From assembly GCF_006345805.1 (NCBI RefSeq), contig NC_043005.1, positions 79,980,001 to 80,044,000 on the forward strand: DNA of 64,000 bases, given 5' to 3'. Under the pieces are notes generated by a model. That model searched no databases. It was given only the letters and a program-made list of their open reading frames with translations, and was not told the origin of the DNA. Origin of the DNA: Octopus sinensis. Lineage: Eukaryota. The translations under genes and the position numbers were made by a program. This document shows positions 13,284 to 27,013 of the stretch, piece by piece; position 1 is the first letter of the stretch; every line of letters begins with the position of its first letter.

Positions 13284-13588
13284 TTGCTGCTACTGTTTAT
13301 AACTCGCTCTGAGATTTATCATTGTTTGATTTCACTTTTTCAATATCAGTGTCAATCGATACTGGAAAAAGTATATGTATTTGTGAAGGGAACCGAATTC
13401 TCATCGACAACTATGATTGTTACACGCCGATGACGGGTCAATACCCTGAAACTCGAGTAAGCGTGTATCATAAGTCGAAGACGGGAAGGATGGCTTCCCT
13501 TCGCAAATACTGATAGGGCACAGAAAGTGTGTCTATAGCCAGCTGGAGGAGGTGTCTTCCTGGGGCTACAAACTACAGTAGCATCCAC
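13284..13588 (-). repeat. Inverted second copy of the 12970-13220 unit, running into the gap
   Basis: Mirrored ORF-track peptides (12970 +, 13352 -); several substitutions between the copies. Confidence 0.85.
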
Positions 13589-13688
13589 NNNNNNNNNNNN
13601 NNNNNNNNNNNNNNNNNNNNNNNNNNNNNNNNNNNNNNNNNNNNNNNNNNNNNNNNNNNNNNNNNNNNNNNNNNNNNNNNNNNNNNNN
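13589..13688. other. Assembly gap (100 N)
   Basis: Run of N. Confidence 1.
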
Positions 13689-13866
13689 TACCAAGTCCTC
13701 AACGTTAAGCTGGATACAAATATTTAAAAAAAAAACAATAATTACTTCGTTATTTTGTGTTATTACCGCTTTTTAATACGAAATATTTAACGAAATGAAA
13801 TGAAAATACTTAACGAGAGTGTTGACAGTACAATAAAAATTCAGTTATATTCGGTATATAGTAGGA

Positions 13867-14245
13867 GCACTCCGTCGGTTGCGACGATGAGGGTCCCAGC
13901 TGATACGATCAACGGAACAGCTTGCTCGTGATATTAACGTGCAAGTGGCTGAGCACTCCACAGACACGTGTACCCTTAACGTAGTTCTCGAGGAGATTCA
14001 GCGTGACACACAGAATGTGACAAGGCTGGCCCTTTGAAATACAGGTACAAGAGAAACAGGAAGAAAGAGCGAGAGAAAGTTGCGGTGAAAGAATACAGCA
14101 GGGTTCACCACCACCCCCTGCGGGAGCTTCGTGGAGCTTTAGGTGTTTTCGCTCAATAAACACTCGCAATGCCCGGTCTGGGAATCGAAACCGCGAACCT
14201 ACGACCGCGAGTCCGCTGCCCTAACCACTGGGCCATTGCACCTCC
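13867..14245 (-). mobile_element. SINE family C, full length
   Basis: Reverse complement of 52822-53193, including the tRNA-like head. Confidence 0.9.
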
Positions 14246-14731
14246 ACTATTCGGTATATATAGTCAGATATAGTCGGAATATCGATTCCTTGCATAACCA
14301 TATAGAATCCCAAGTGTCAATATGAACAATTTTGTGGCATCCCGATGTCACGGCTGGAACACACATGTTAAAAGCCAATCAGAAGCAACAGCAGCATTTC
14401 ACCATCCCGCTTTTTTCTCTCATACCTTCCTTTCTCTTTATTAGAACAACTTCTCTTTTATTTTCACATCTTTTCTCGTTCTCTCAACTCTCGTCTAGAT
14501 CTGCACATCTGTTGGATTTTCCCCTCTACCACCATCACTGGTTTACTTTCTCTCTCTCGCGCTCTATATTAGCATATCTTCACCTCCTCCTCTTGTCCTC
14601 CCCGCCTCCAACCATCGAATGCTGTCAGTCATACGCCTCTCTTTCAAAGACTCATTTTTCTCGGCTTGCACAGTTTCTCAGTGTTCTCCATCAAACGTTT
14701 GTCAATATCTTTGTCTGTCTGTCTGTCTCTA

Positions 14732-14767
<36 letters not shown>

Positions 14768-14884
14768 TCCTTTTCTTCGAATCTTAATTCTTCTTTTACA
14801 TTGTTCCTCTCCTTCCTTTGTATTCTCCTCTGCCTTCTCCTCCACCTCCCCTTCCACAGAAAAAAAAAGAAAAAGTCGTTGTTG

Positions 14885-15310
14885 TATTGTAAGAAGCTTG
14901 CTTCCCAACCACATGGTTCCGGGTTCAATCCTACTGCGTGAAACTTTCAGCAAGTGCTTTCTACTTTTGCTACGGGTCGACCAAAGCCTTGTGAGTGGAT
15001 TCGGTAGATGGAACTGAAAGAAGTCCACCGCATCTCTCTCCTCTCTCTCTCTTCTCTCTCTCTATAAATATAATATATATATATAATATATTATATATAT
15101 ATATACACGTACATATATTTGTGCGTGTGTGTGTGTCTCTTTGTAGCTGTGTTTGTCCCCCACCATCGCTTGTCAACGGCGCTGGTGCGTTTACATCTCC
15201 GTAACTTAGCGGTTCAGCAAAAGAAACTGATAAAATAAGTACCAGTCAAGCACTGGATCGATGTACTCAGCTTCCCCCTCTTCTTAAAATATGCTGATCC
15301 TGTGCCAAAA
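14885..15310 (+). mobile_element. SINE family B
   Basis: Head, (CT)/(TA)/(TG) spacer and partial 3' half. Confidence 0.8.
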
Positions 15311-15545
15311 TTCGAAACCTATATGAATTTGGCATCTAGGGTTACATTAGCTGATATTTCTTGCCTTCCTTCAGAAGTTAGGGAGATATGAAAGAGAATT
15401 CTAGCATAAGTAGAAACGCTCAAAAGGAACGCGGGGAACAAAAGACGGACGTTTGGACAATACATGAGGCCGGAACAGGTAAATGGAAATACAAAAGGCA
15501 GTGGACAAAATGTAGACATGCACACACTCACGCTCTCTGCCCCCT

Positions 15546-15576
<31 letters not shown>

Positions 15577-15937
15577 ACACACAACATAAAAACGTTGTCC
15601 ACATTGAATTGTACTCCGGTAAAGTAAGAGAAATAGACAGGCTTTCAGGTGACCCCTTTCTAGGGTACCCATCGAGAAAATACGGAATTTTAGGCAATAC
15701 CTTATTGGCTCACGATTAAAACCCGGAAGGGTCTACATTATTATTTGTTTTGTTTTGTTCGTTTCTTTCTTGTTTTGTTTTCTTTTTTGCAATGGTCACC
15801 CTTTTATCTTTTATTTATAAAATTTTACGTATTTCAGTCATAAGACTGCGCCCATGCTGGTGCAACGACTAAAAGTACTCTAGTCGAACGAATCGACCAC
15901 AGTACTATTTTGAAAAGCCTGTGTGTGTATATATATA

Positions 15938-16320
15938 TTCTTTTACTCTTTTACTTGTTTCGGGCATTTAACTGTGCTATGCTGGAGCACCGCCTTTAGT
16001 CGAGCAAATCGACCCCAGAACTTATTCTTTGGAAGCATAGTACTTTTTCTTATCGCTCTAGTTTGCCGAACCGCTAAGTTACGGGGACGTAAAAACACCA
16101 GCATCGGTTGTCAAGCGATGTTGGGGGAGACAAACATATACACACACATACATATACATATATACGACAGACTTCTTTCAGTTTCCGTCTCCCAAATCCA
16201 CTCATATGGGCTTGGTCGGCCCGAGGCTCTAGTAAGAAGACACTTGCCCAAGGTGCCACGCAGTGGAAATGAACCCGGAACCATGTGCTTAGTAAACAAG
16301 CGACTTACCACACCCCGCCA
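15938..16320 (-). mobile_element. SINE family B, full length
   Basis: Reverse complement of the family consensus. Confidence 0.9.
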
Positions 16321-16395
16321 CATGTATATGTATATTTATATGTGTGTATATATTTATATGTGAGTATATTATATATATATATATATATATATTTA

Positions 16396-16464
<69 letters not shown>

Positions 16465-16550
16465 TTAATTATATATGTATATATATATATATGTGTGTAT
16501 ATAATATATAGTATATATATTTATATATAATATATATATATATATATATC

Positions 16551-16583
<33 letters not shown>

Positions 16584-17397
16584 ATGCGTAAATGCTCAAG
16601 AAAACAGACATGCATGTGTATGTATAGAAATATTCTAGATGTACATATCCAATATTTACAACATTTACACCATTACACAGCAGCTTTGTAAAATGTGACG
16701 AAATTTTTTTTTTCCTTTCAAAAGGATCCGTGAGTAATTGGTTTGTGCCGCATTTATTTTACTGGAGCCGTAAAAAGGCATTTTTTTTATTTTAATGTTA
16801 TTTTTCGTATTACCAATCCTTTTCAACGGCTTTTGTGTTCTTTTGCTCTGCGTTCGTGTTTATTTGGTTTTTAAGTGATCGCCAATCGACTTGTATTACT
16901 TCTTTCTGCTTTTAATAATTCCACAAGCAAATCTTTTTCTTTTCTTTTTGTTTCTTTCTTTCGCTCCCACACTCTTTCTCACAACCTCTATCTACGTTAA
17001 TCTCTCTCTCTCTCTCTCTCTCTGCTACCTCTCTCTCTTATACGTACACGTCCTTTTTCTCTATAATCAGGTATTCTCTTCATTTTCGCCTTTCTTATTC
17101 TTCCACCCACAATCTCACAAACTCCATCTTTAAAGTCTCTTTCTCTTTTTCTTCTTTCTTCTCTCCCTCTTTACCCCTCTCTTCCTCGAATCTCTTTCTC
17201 CCTCTCTTCTCCTCTTTCCTTTTATTTTCTCTCTCATTACATGAATCTCTCTCATGGTTTACAGCGTAAGTCCTTCAGTCTGTCTCCATTTTCTCTCCTC
17301 TCTCATACTTCTTATTTTTGATTTCCTTCGATCGTTACATCGTTATATTCCTCCCTTCTCTCCATCTCTCTTCCCTCTCTCTCTCCCTCCATCTATC

Positions 17398-17406
17398 TGT
17401 CTACCC

Positions 17407-17478
<72 letters not shown>

Positions 17479-17541
17479 CTATCTCTCTCTATCTATCTAT
17501 CTCTATCTCTATCTATCTATCTATTTATCTATCTCTCTTTG

Positions 17542-17575
<34 letters not shown>
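17398..17575. repeat. (TATC)n/(TC)n microsatellite
   Basis: Directly visible. Confidence 0.95.
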
Positions 17576-17654
17576 CATACACACACACTCACAAACCTAT
17601 ATATGTATATATATTTATGTGTGTGTATATATAAAAATATGTGTGCATGTGTGT

Positions 17655-17716
<62 letters not shown>

Positions 17717-18729
17717 TGTTACTTCATCTCATTCCCTCTATTTTCTATTTGTATTTATAGTCGTAGATTAATGTAATAGATTAGATCGTTAAACGAAAGC
17801 CAATCCCGTGTCTTCCCTTCCAACCCCCCAGCCCGTCCTCCCTCCTCACCACCTCCCGCCACCCCACTGTAAGGGTCACCGTCAGCAAGCAGAGCAACAC
17901 AACAGTAATTTTCTAAATGCATTCCACTTTTCAATCCAACACTATTGACTTTGTTTGGTGTCAAGGAATGGCTCTTTATTATTTGACCACCGTTTTCAAT
18001 GGGCCCCGTACGTCCGTTAACAAACCCTATAGTGCTGAGTACAATGGACGGAGATGAATACAAAAGAAGGAAGGGAAAGAGAAAAATAATAGCAAAACAA
18101 AAACAACAGCAATAACAACAACAACAACAACAAAAGCAAAAAAAAAAGGAAAATCAAATAAGAAGTAGAAGAAAGCTGGCTATTTTCAATGACAAGACGA
18201 AACGAAAGAAAAGAATTCAGGGTAAGGAAGAAGAGAAAGGAAGAGACAAAGACTGTGAATAGGAACGAAAAGGAAAGAAGATTTGAATGAATGAATGAAT
18301 GAAGGAAGGAAGGAATAAAGAAATGAATAAAATGATGAATGAGTGAATGAGTGAAAAATACATTCTATCCATTTTTATTGGGTAGTATTTCAGTTTTAAT
18401 AAAGTTAAGGGAGTGTTTTTATAGCAGAAATGAAAACCGTGGAGGGTGACGCTGTTAGACATGTAGAAAAACAATGAACTCGGGATAAAGTTGGCATGAA
18501 TACCAATTATTTCAATGGAGATTATTTATTCAATGAAAGCGGAAACAATCCGCGGCATTTGTTGTGTCTCAAACGTGGTATAAATGATGGCGTCGATAGC
18601 TGATATTATTTTTCCTTCATTCGGAGTTGGTCGATGGCGGGTGGGCAAAGGGTTTGGGGGTAAAAGACGGAGGAGGAAGAGGTTGATGTAGGCGATCTTG
18701 GGGATTTTGATGTTGGAGGGTCGGGTGGC

Positions 18730-19160
18730 GTTCATGGTAGTGATGATGGTAATGTTCTTGTTGGTGGTGGTGGTTGTGGTTGTGGTAGGAGTGGGGTGGC
18801 GACGGTTGTGGTGTTGATGGTGATGATGACGATGATGGTGGTGACGGCGCTGGTGATGTTGCTGTTGTTATTGTTGCTGGTGATGGTGGTGATGGTGGTG
18901 GTGGTGGTTGTGGTAAGAGTGGGGGGCGATGTTTGTGATGGTGATGGTGATGATGACGGTGGTGTCGGCGCTGCTGATGTTGCTGTTGTTATTGTTGCTG
19001 GTGGTGGTGGTTGTGTTTGGTCTGGGGTGGCGATGATTATGATGGTTGTGGTGGTGATGGTGATGATGACGATGATGGTGGTGACGGCGCTGCTGAGGTT
19101 GCTGTTGCTATTGTTGTTTTTGGTGATGGTGGTGGTGGCTGTAGTGATAGCGGTGGGGGG
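18730..19160. repeat. (GGT/GAT/GTT) low-complexity tract with about three higher-order units
   Basis: The motif gatgatgac..ggtg..ggcgctg.tga.gttgctgttg.tattgttg recurs three times. Confidence 0.8.
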
Positions 19161-19829
19161 GGAGATTATGTTGCCAATGGTAAGGGTGACGTTGGGATTT
19201 TGATGGCGTTTTTAAAAAGACATGGACAAAAGAAATGTTTGGTGATATTACTCTCTTGTTCGTGTCAAAGGTCAAGAGCAGTATAAGAAACTATCTGACC
19301 ACCACGTGTAGAAACTGCAGATCACTAGCGATTCAGGACATGAGACCAGAGGAAAACAAAAACAAAGAAAAATACACGTAAAATGAGAAGGAATATTCTT
19401 TTGACCGCTGGACGTTGTTTTTTTTTATATTTTAGTAGCAACCTAGATTCAAATTAATTTTCTTTTATTTGTTTCAGTTATTGGATTGCGGTCATGCTGG
19501 GGCACCACATTGGGGGGTTTTGTCGAAGAAAGTCACTTCAGTAGTTATTTTTCTCGAAGCCAAATGCTTATTTTATTTCCTTCGCCGAACCGCTGCGTCA
19601 TGGAGATGTAAACATACCAGCACTGGTTGTCAAGCAGTGGTGGTAGTGGTGGACAAATACAAAGGCCCACGCACAGCGCGCGCACACACACATACACGAT
19701 GAGCTACTTTCAGTTTCCGTCTACCCAATCCATTCACAGGCCCAGTACTTATTTTGTTTCATTCCCTGAACCGGTTTGCTACGGATACAGACACAAAGAC
19801 GGACACACATACACAGAACATTATATATA

Positions 19830-19981
19830 GGAGTGACTGTGTGCTAAGTAGCTTGCTTACCAACCACATAGTCTCGGGTTCATCTCACTGCGTGGCACCT
19901 TAGGCAAGTGTCTTCAACTATAGCCTCGCCGACCAAAGCATTGTGAGTGGATCTGGTTGACGGAAACTGAAAGAAACCGTC

Positions 19982-20030
<49 letters not shown>

Positions 20031-20257
20031 TATATATATTATATAATGTATGTATGTGTGTGTGTCCGTGTTTGTTCCCCCTCCATCGCTTGACAACCGA
20101 TGCTGGTGGTTTACATTCACGTCACTTAGCGGTTCGGCACGAGAGACCCATAGAATAAGTACTAGGCTTACAAAGAACAAGTCCTGGGGGTCGATGTGTT
20201 CGACTAAAGGCTGTGCTCCAGCATGGTCACTGTCAAACGACTGAAACAAATAAAAGG
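19830..20257 (+). mobile_element. SINE family B, full length
   Basis: Complete structure with a (TA)n spacer. Confidence 0.9.
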
Positions 20258-20740
20258 AAAGACAGCCGCGCCTACACCTATAAGACGACAAAAGAGAAAG
20301 AAAGAAAGAAAGAAAAGAGTGAAAGTGAAAAGCACTATTCTGTTTAACATTGAATGGTATTTCTTTTAGTGACAACCCAGATTTACAACTCGGTTTCAAC
20401 TGTTATTTCAAACCAATTCATTTGATTTACGTTGTTAATAACTCAAGAATATCTCAAGAATAAGTCATTTTGTGGTGTAGACAGCAACGAAACATTGTAA
20501 TTCAATTCAATTCATTTCGCTTGAATTCGCTACAATTTGCTCTTATTGTAATGTTATAAATAGGACGGAAATTTAATTGTATCTAGCTTGTCAGTATCTG
20601 GGTTGCGCACTAAAGTGTTTTGGTTGTAGAAAGAACACAACGACATTCATTGACTTCGAACTTCCAAACTTGCATCTCATTGAGCAATACTGTACCAACT
20701 CGTCTATCTACGGACCATTTTACCTCTCGGTTTCTCTTCA

Positions 20741-20970
20741 AGCTGGCAGAAACGGTAGCACGGCGGCCGAAATGCGTAGCCGTATTTCGTTTACCGTTAC
20801 GTTCTGAGTTCAAATTCCGCCGAGGTCGACTTTGCCTTTCATCCTTTCGAGGTCGATAAATTACGTACCAGTTACGCACTGGGGTGGATATAATCGATTT
20901 AATCCGTTTGTCTGTCCTTGTTTGTCCTCTCTGAGTTTAGCCCCTTGTGGGTAGTAAAGAAATAGGTATC
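20741..20970 (+). mobile_element. SINE family A monomer with the LINE-like tail
   Basis: Ends tgtcctctctgagtttagccccttgtgggtagtaaagaaat. Confidence 0.9.
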
Positions 20971-22111
20971 TCTTACTAGGGATTTACCTAGAGACGTCTA
21001 TCAATATTAGAGTCAATCTTTGTTCCCAATCTCTTTCATCTATTGTCTCTAACTATCTAATCACCTGTCGGCTTTTCACTGACGCATCGGGAATGCATCT
21101 TAGTGCCTGATTTAGAAATAGCAGCCAAATATCTCTTTCACATCAATGTATTAATTATAAAAATAAAATGAGAAGAAACATGTGTCGGCGTGGCTGTGCG
21201 GTAATAAGTTTGCTTCTCAGCCACATTTTGCCATGTTCACTTCCACTGCTTGGCATCTTCAGTAAGCGTCCTCTGTATGCCCTCGAGTCGACCACAGCCT
21301 TGTGAGTGGATTTCGTTGACGGAAACTGAAAGAAGCCAGTCTCATGTATACATAAATACACACACACACACACAATATATATATATATATATATCAGTTC
21401 AGCAAAATTTAGATTCAGATGAATATGGTACTTAAGTTAAAGGCACCAGAATTTGGTATAGTATTATCCATATAAATCAAATGGGGGGATTATAAAAATG
21501 TCCATTGTCCATTTAATTAAAAAAGTAGAATGAAACGATTGTACTACACTACCTTGGATATCCTTGTTGCTTATTTTTATTATATACATATATATATATA
21601 TATACATCAATGTGCGTCCGTGTTTGTCCCGCACCACCGGTGATGGTGTGTTTGCTTCTCCGTAACTTAGCGTTTCGGCAAAAGGGACCAATAAAATAAG
21701 CATCAGGCTTTAAAAAGATAACGACTGGGGTTGATGCATTCCACTAAAGAGTTTTTAAGGCCGTGCTCCAGCATTGCCGCAGGCAAATGAGTGAAACAAG
21801 TAACTATATATCTAAAAAGCACATTCCTCGCGAGCGTTCTTTCAAGTGAATCTTCTGTATATCTTCTTTCTTTCGTTCTTTACATTAATTCGTTCCATAT
21901 TCTTTTCTTCTTTTATGGGTTTCATTCAGTGGGCTTCGGCCATGCTGGAGCACCATTTCATTCAAACAAGTCGACACCAGCACTCACCGTAATTTCAGGC
22001 CTTGTATATAAAGTAATCCCTCGACTATCGCGGGTGTTACGCTCCACAACCCCAATCCACCGCAATAGGTGAAAATCAGCGAAGTAGAAACAGTCCTCTC
22101 TCTCCCTTTTC

Positions 22112-22490
22112 CTCTTTTACTTGTTTCAGTCATTTGACTGTGGCCATACTGGAGCGCCGCCTTTAGTCGAGCAAATCGACCCCAGGACTTATTCTTTGTA
22201 AGCTTAGTACTTATTCTATCGGTCTCCTTTGCCAAATCGCTAAGTTACGGGGACGTAAACACACCAGCATCGGCTGTCAAGCGATGTTGGGGGGACAAAC
22301 TCAGACACACATACATATGTATATGCATATATACGACGGGCTTCTTTCAGTTTCCGTCTACGAAATCCAATCACAAGGCTTTAGTCGGCCCGTGGCTATA
22401 GTAGAAGACACACTTGCCCAAGGTGTCACGCAATGGGACTGAACCCTGAACTATGTGGTTCGTAAGCAAGCTACTTACCACACAGCCACG
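22112..22490 (-). mobile_element. SINE family B, full length
   Basis: Reverse complement of the family consensus. Confidence 0.9.
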
Positions 22491-23343
22491 ATAGGTGAAC
22501 CGCAATATGGCGAAGGATAACTATATATACTTTCGTGAAAACGGTGAGCTAGTAGTATCGTTAGCATAGCGGGCAATATGCTAACGATACTGAGTTCAAA
22601 TTCCACCTTTCGGGGTCGATAAAATAAGTACCAATTGAGCACCGGGGTCATTGTAATCGATTTTAATATATATATATATCATTTTACAACGGCAAAGCGA
22701 GATAACTCCTGAACATTTGTTAACACCACTAAACTTCAAAACAGAAGAAAAAAGTGGGAGGCTGAGATCTTGCATGACAGTAGAATAACTGAAATTAATA
22801 TGATAAATAAATAAAGATATGAATAAAAGAAATGTATTTATGTAAGTGTATGTAGATGCTTGCGTTTTTGTACTTAAGGAGAAACGCTTATCTCTCTGTG
22901 TATGTATGTATGTATGTATATATGTATGTATGTATATATCTGTCAGTTGAGATATTGAGAAAGAAAGAGAGAGAAGGAGAGAGTGAATTAGAGTTAGTGA
23001 AAATGCAAATGTAAAAACATTGCGAGGGGGGACAAACGGGTATGGGCTGATTATAAAATCTGGCGAATGGTAACTGATACGAAGTTAGACTGTTTGTAAT
23101 TCGATAAATATTAAACACACACATACTCTCACACAGACAGTGTCTCCCGCGACCCTCCTTCTCTCCCTCTTCCTCTCTCTCCCTCTTCCTCTTCCTCTCT
23201 CTCTCTCTCTCTCACAAACACTCTCCCTCTCTCTCCCTTTCTCTCTCTTTCTCACAAGCATGTACATATTAAAAACCCATGAACATTCTTTATCTTAATT
23301 TGCTAGGCGAATACAAAGACACTTCTAGTCAATAAACACGCAA

Positions 23344-23376
<33 letters not shown>

Positions 23377-23911
23377 TAAAAATAAACAAGCAGATAAACA
23401 ATGAAATAAACAAATAAATAAACGATTAAAGGGAGAAAATAGAAAACAAAAAAAAACAACAAAACAACAAAAACAGCATCAAGAACAACAAGAAAAAAAA
23501 GTGCTGTTCATTCATTCGTACACTTAGCAATCAACGAAGCACAAAAGCATTCTCTAAGTCGAAACGCTGTCAAGAATCTTACATTCATAAAGTTGATAAG
23601 GTCAAACTGAAAATGACAAGTACGATTAGCTTTTTTGTTGACGGCTATTTTCAAATCCATGACACCAATTATATGTCGTAGAACTATTCTTTACGTTTAT
23701 AAAAGCGTGTTATTGTTTGTCGTGAGTCTGCCTCTGCCACTTGCTATTCGTCGCTTTCTCATACTTCCTTCCTTTCTGTTTGTCGAGTTACACACCGAAA
23801 ACTCAAAGTCGAACGAACAACGGTGTCCACCTTTTGTTTTCAAGTAATATTGATTTTATATATGGCTGGGCACAAGGTGTATGTGTATGTATGTGTATAT
23901 ATATATATATC

Positions 23912-23943
<32 letters not shown>

Positions 23944-24402
23944 TATATACGTGTGTGTGTATGTATATATGTATTTATGTATATATATGTGTGTATATGT
24001 ATGTGTGTGTGTAGATGCATGTATACTTATGTATATATGTATTTAAGTCAATCAGTCCTTCCCGGTTGCATTAAATTTCTTAAGGGATGAAAATGAAGTG
24101 AAATGAAAATGGGATGCTGTGAGATTTATGACTTTACAAAATTTGTTGGAAGTGCCGGCATTGTTTTCATCGTAAGATACTTGCTTCCGAACCAAGTGGT
24201 TTCGGGTTCAGTACCATGCTATGGCACCTCGGGCAAGCGACTGATTCTGTTGCACCAGTTTACCAAGCTTGGAGAGTGGATTTGGTAGATGGAAAGTGAA
24301 AACTCATCCTGCTCACGCGCGCGCGCGCGCGCACACATACACACACACACTCACACACACATACACACACACGACATATACATATATATATATATATATA
24401 TA

Positions 24403-24435
<33 letters not shown>

Positions 24436-24690
24436 TTGTTTCAGTTGTTGGACTGCGACTATCCTAGAGCACCGCCTTGAAGGGTTTAGTGGAGCAAATA
24501 GACCCCCAGTACTTATTTTCCTTTCAGGCCTGGTACCTATCCAATCCGTGCCTTTTTACTGAAGCGCTAAGTCAGGGGTGCGCAAAGAAACCAACATCGG
24601 TTGTCAAAGGAACAGTGGTGAAGGCTAAACAAAGTCACATACACACACACACACATAAATACACACACACATACACACACACACACATAT

Positions 24691-24830
<140 letters not shown>

Positions 24831-25413
24831 CACAGCGGGTTTCTTTCAGTTTCCGTCTCCCACATCCACTCAGATTTGTGTCGGCCTGGGGTTTTAGTAG
24901 AGGAAACTTGCTCAAGGTTCCATACCGTTGGACTGAACCCAGAACCATGCGGTTTGAAAGCAAACTTCTCACCACACTGTAACGCATGAAATCTGAAGGT
25001 AAAGGCAAATTCATTTATTGAAATACATTTGTTTCTCAGGCACCTTCGAGAGCAGAGGCAAAGAAGCATAAAATGCATAAGTTTTACCGCATAAATTTGT
25101 AACAGTTATCCACACTCCGTCTTATATCAAAAGTGCTTGAGTACTCCATCTTTATATCATAATTCCAAGAAAAGCTAATCTTACAAGGTAAGATTATGTA
25201 AGAAAGGCGGTCTATTGTATTAGATGTGCAATTCATTTGACGGACAGAAATCTACCAAGATTCAATTTACTGAATTTCATCCCAATTCTAAGAGTAATCT
25301 GGATTCTGTCTTGTTTACGGGGCGACAATGCTAAGCAGTGATGTGTTTAAATACAATCTTGTTACAAGTTCTAATATGTTTGAGGTGTATTCGAAACCAT
25401 AAGGAAGCCACAT

Positions 25414-25644
25414 ACTGTATTTTGTTATAGAGAAAATATCTCACTGGAGAGATATTAGTGTAAATACACTCTGTCTGCTCACAGAGTTCTCAAACCAGAC
25501 AGTCTGATGCATGTATTTCGGGGTAGTTATCTGCTCTTCAGCCACAGGTATCGAAAAAGTTTGGTTAGTGGTGCTGTAAGCTGACTCGGTGTATTTACAT
25601 CTATTTGTCTACAATGAGATATTTTCCCCTTAACAAAATACAGT
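25414..25644. mobile_element. Old MITE-like element with long imperfect TIRs
   Basis: actgtattttgttatagagaaaatatctcactggag...gtaaatacac versus the reverse complement of gtgtatttac...caatgagatattttccccttaacaaaatacagt. Confidence 0.6.
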
Positions 25645-25964
25645 GACCGGCTTTCTTACGATTTCGAATATGCCTCAAACATATTTGAACTGGTAACATT
25701 TAAAATCAGTCACAAGGCTTGGAGCAGTCGGTAAAAGACTCTTGCCAGAATTACCGTGCGGTAGGATCAAATCTAGGAGAAGCGTTGTTGTGTGGTTGAA
25801 AGCCAGGTGCCGGTATGTCTGTATGGTAAGAAGCTTGATTCCCATGCACATGGTTCCGTGTTCAATTCTTCTGCTTGGCACATTGGACTATTCTCCTATA
25901 GCCCCGGACGGACTAAAGCCTTGTAAGTGGATTTGGTAGACGGAAGTGGAAAGAAGCCCATTCT

Positions 25965-26227
25965 TTTATTTGTTTCATTCATTTGACAGCGGCCATGCTG
26001 GGGCATCGCCTTTTAGTCGAAAACATCGATCCCAGGACTTATTCTTTGTAAGTCTATTACTTATTCTATCGGTTCCTTTTGCTGAACCGCTATGTTACGG
26101 GGACATAAACACACTAACATTGGTTGTCAAGCGATGGTTGTGAGTGGGACAAACACAGACACAAAGACATACACATAGATATATACATACTTATATACAC
26201 ACATAGATATATACATACAAACGCATC

Positions 26228-26269
<42 letters not shown>

Positions 26270-26410
26270 GATGCGTTTCTTTCCGTTTCCGTCTACCAAA
26301 TCCAGTCACAAGACTTTGGTGGGCCCGAGGCTATAATTGAGATACTTGCCGAAGGTGCCACGCAGTGCGACTGAAACCGGAACCATGAGGCTGGGAAGCA
26401 AGCTTCTTTT
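25965..26410 (-). mobile_element. SINE family B
   Basis: Reverse complement of the consensus with a (TA)n spacer. Confidence 0.85.
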
Positions 26411-26905
26411 ATACAAATAAAAGATACCGCTAGAATAAGTACCAAGCTTAACAAAAAATAAGTACTGGGGTCGTTTCATTCGACTAAAATAAATTGTTCG
26501 AGGCGGTGCCCCAGCATGGCCGCAACCTAATGAGTAAAACTAGTAAAAGTGAAAAGAAAAGAAAAGGCAAACAACGTTTTAGTTGTACATCATCGGGAAC
26601 CACTACAAATTTTGCTTCTCATTTCAGAAAAAAAAACTTGAATTGAAAAAACAGTAAAATTGTTAGATGAAGCATAACACGCCTGTTCAAAAGTACAAAG
26701 ATCTAAATACTGAAGATGCTTAAAGGCATATTAGCAGATTGGTATAACGATTTGTAGTGGAAAAATATAAGGGCAAACGACTGTATTTTTCTATACACCG
26801 ACACATGTCATGACTGTAAGGAGAAAAAAACCGCAACACACACGCCCTCTCCTCCTCTTTCTTCCTATGCCCCCTCTGTCTATCTAGCAATCTATCTATC
26901 TCTGA

Positions 26906-26970
<65 letters not shown>

Positions 26971-26980
26971 GCACACACAA

Positions 26981-27013
<33 letters not shown>

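Noticed and set aside
17755-18063. 102-aa minus-strand ORF in unique sequence
   Set aside because: The Gly-rich part comes from a C-rich tract and no domain is recognised. The region may be regulatory, but motifs alone do not show that.
20560-20740. Possible mariner C-terminal relic on the minus strand
   Set aside because: Similarity (FFLQPKHF...DKL) is too weak and lacks the catalytic motifs.
24052-24150. Possible mariner 5' remnant (AVRFMTLQNL)
   Set aside because: Too short to support.
24316-24332. (CG)n run adjoining CA and TA repeats, a potential Z-DNA former
   Set aside because: It is an ordinary compound microsatellite inside a SINE spacer, with no evidence of function.
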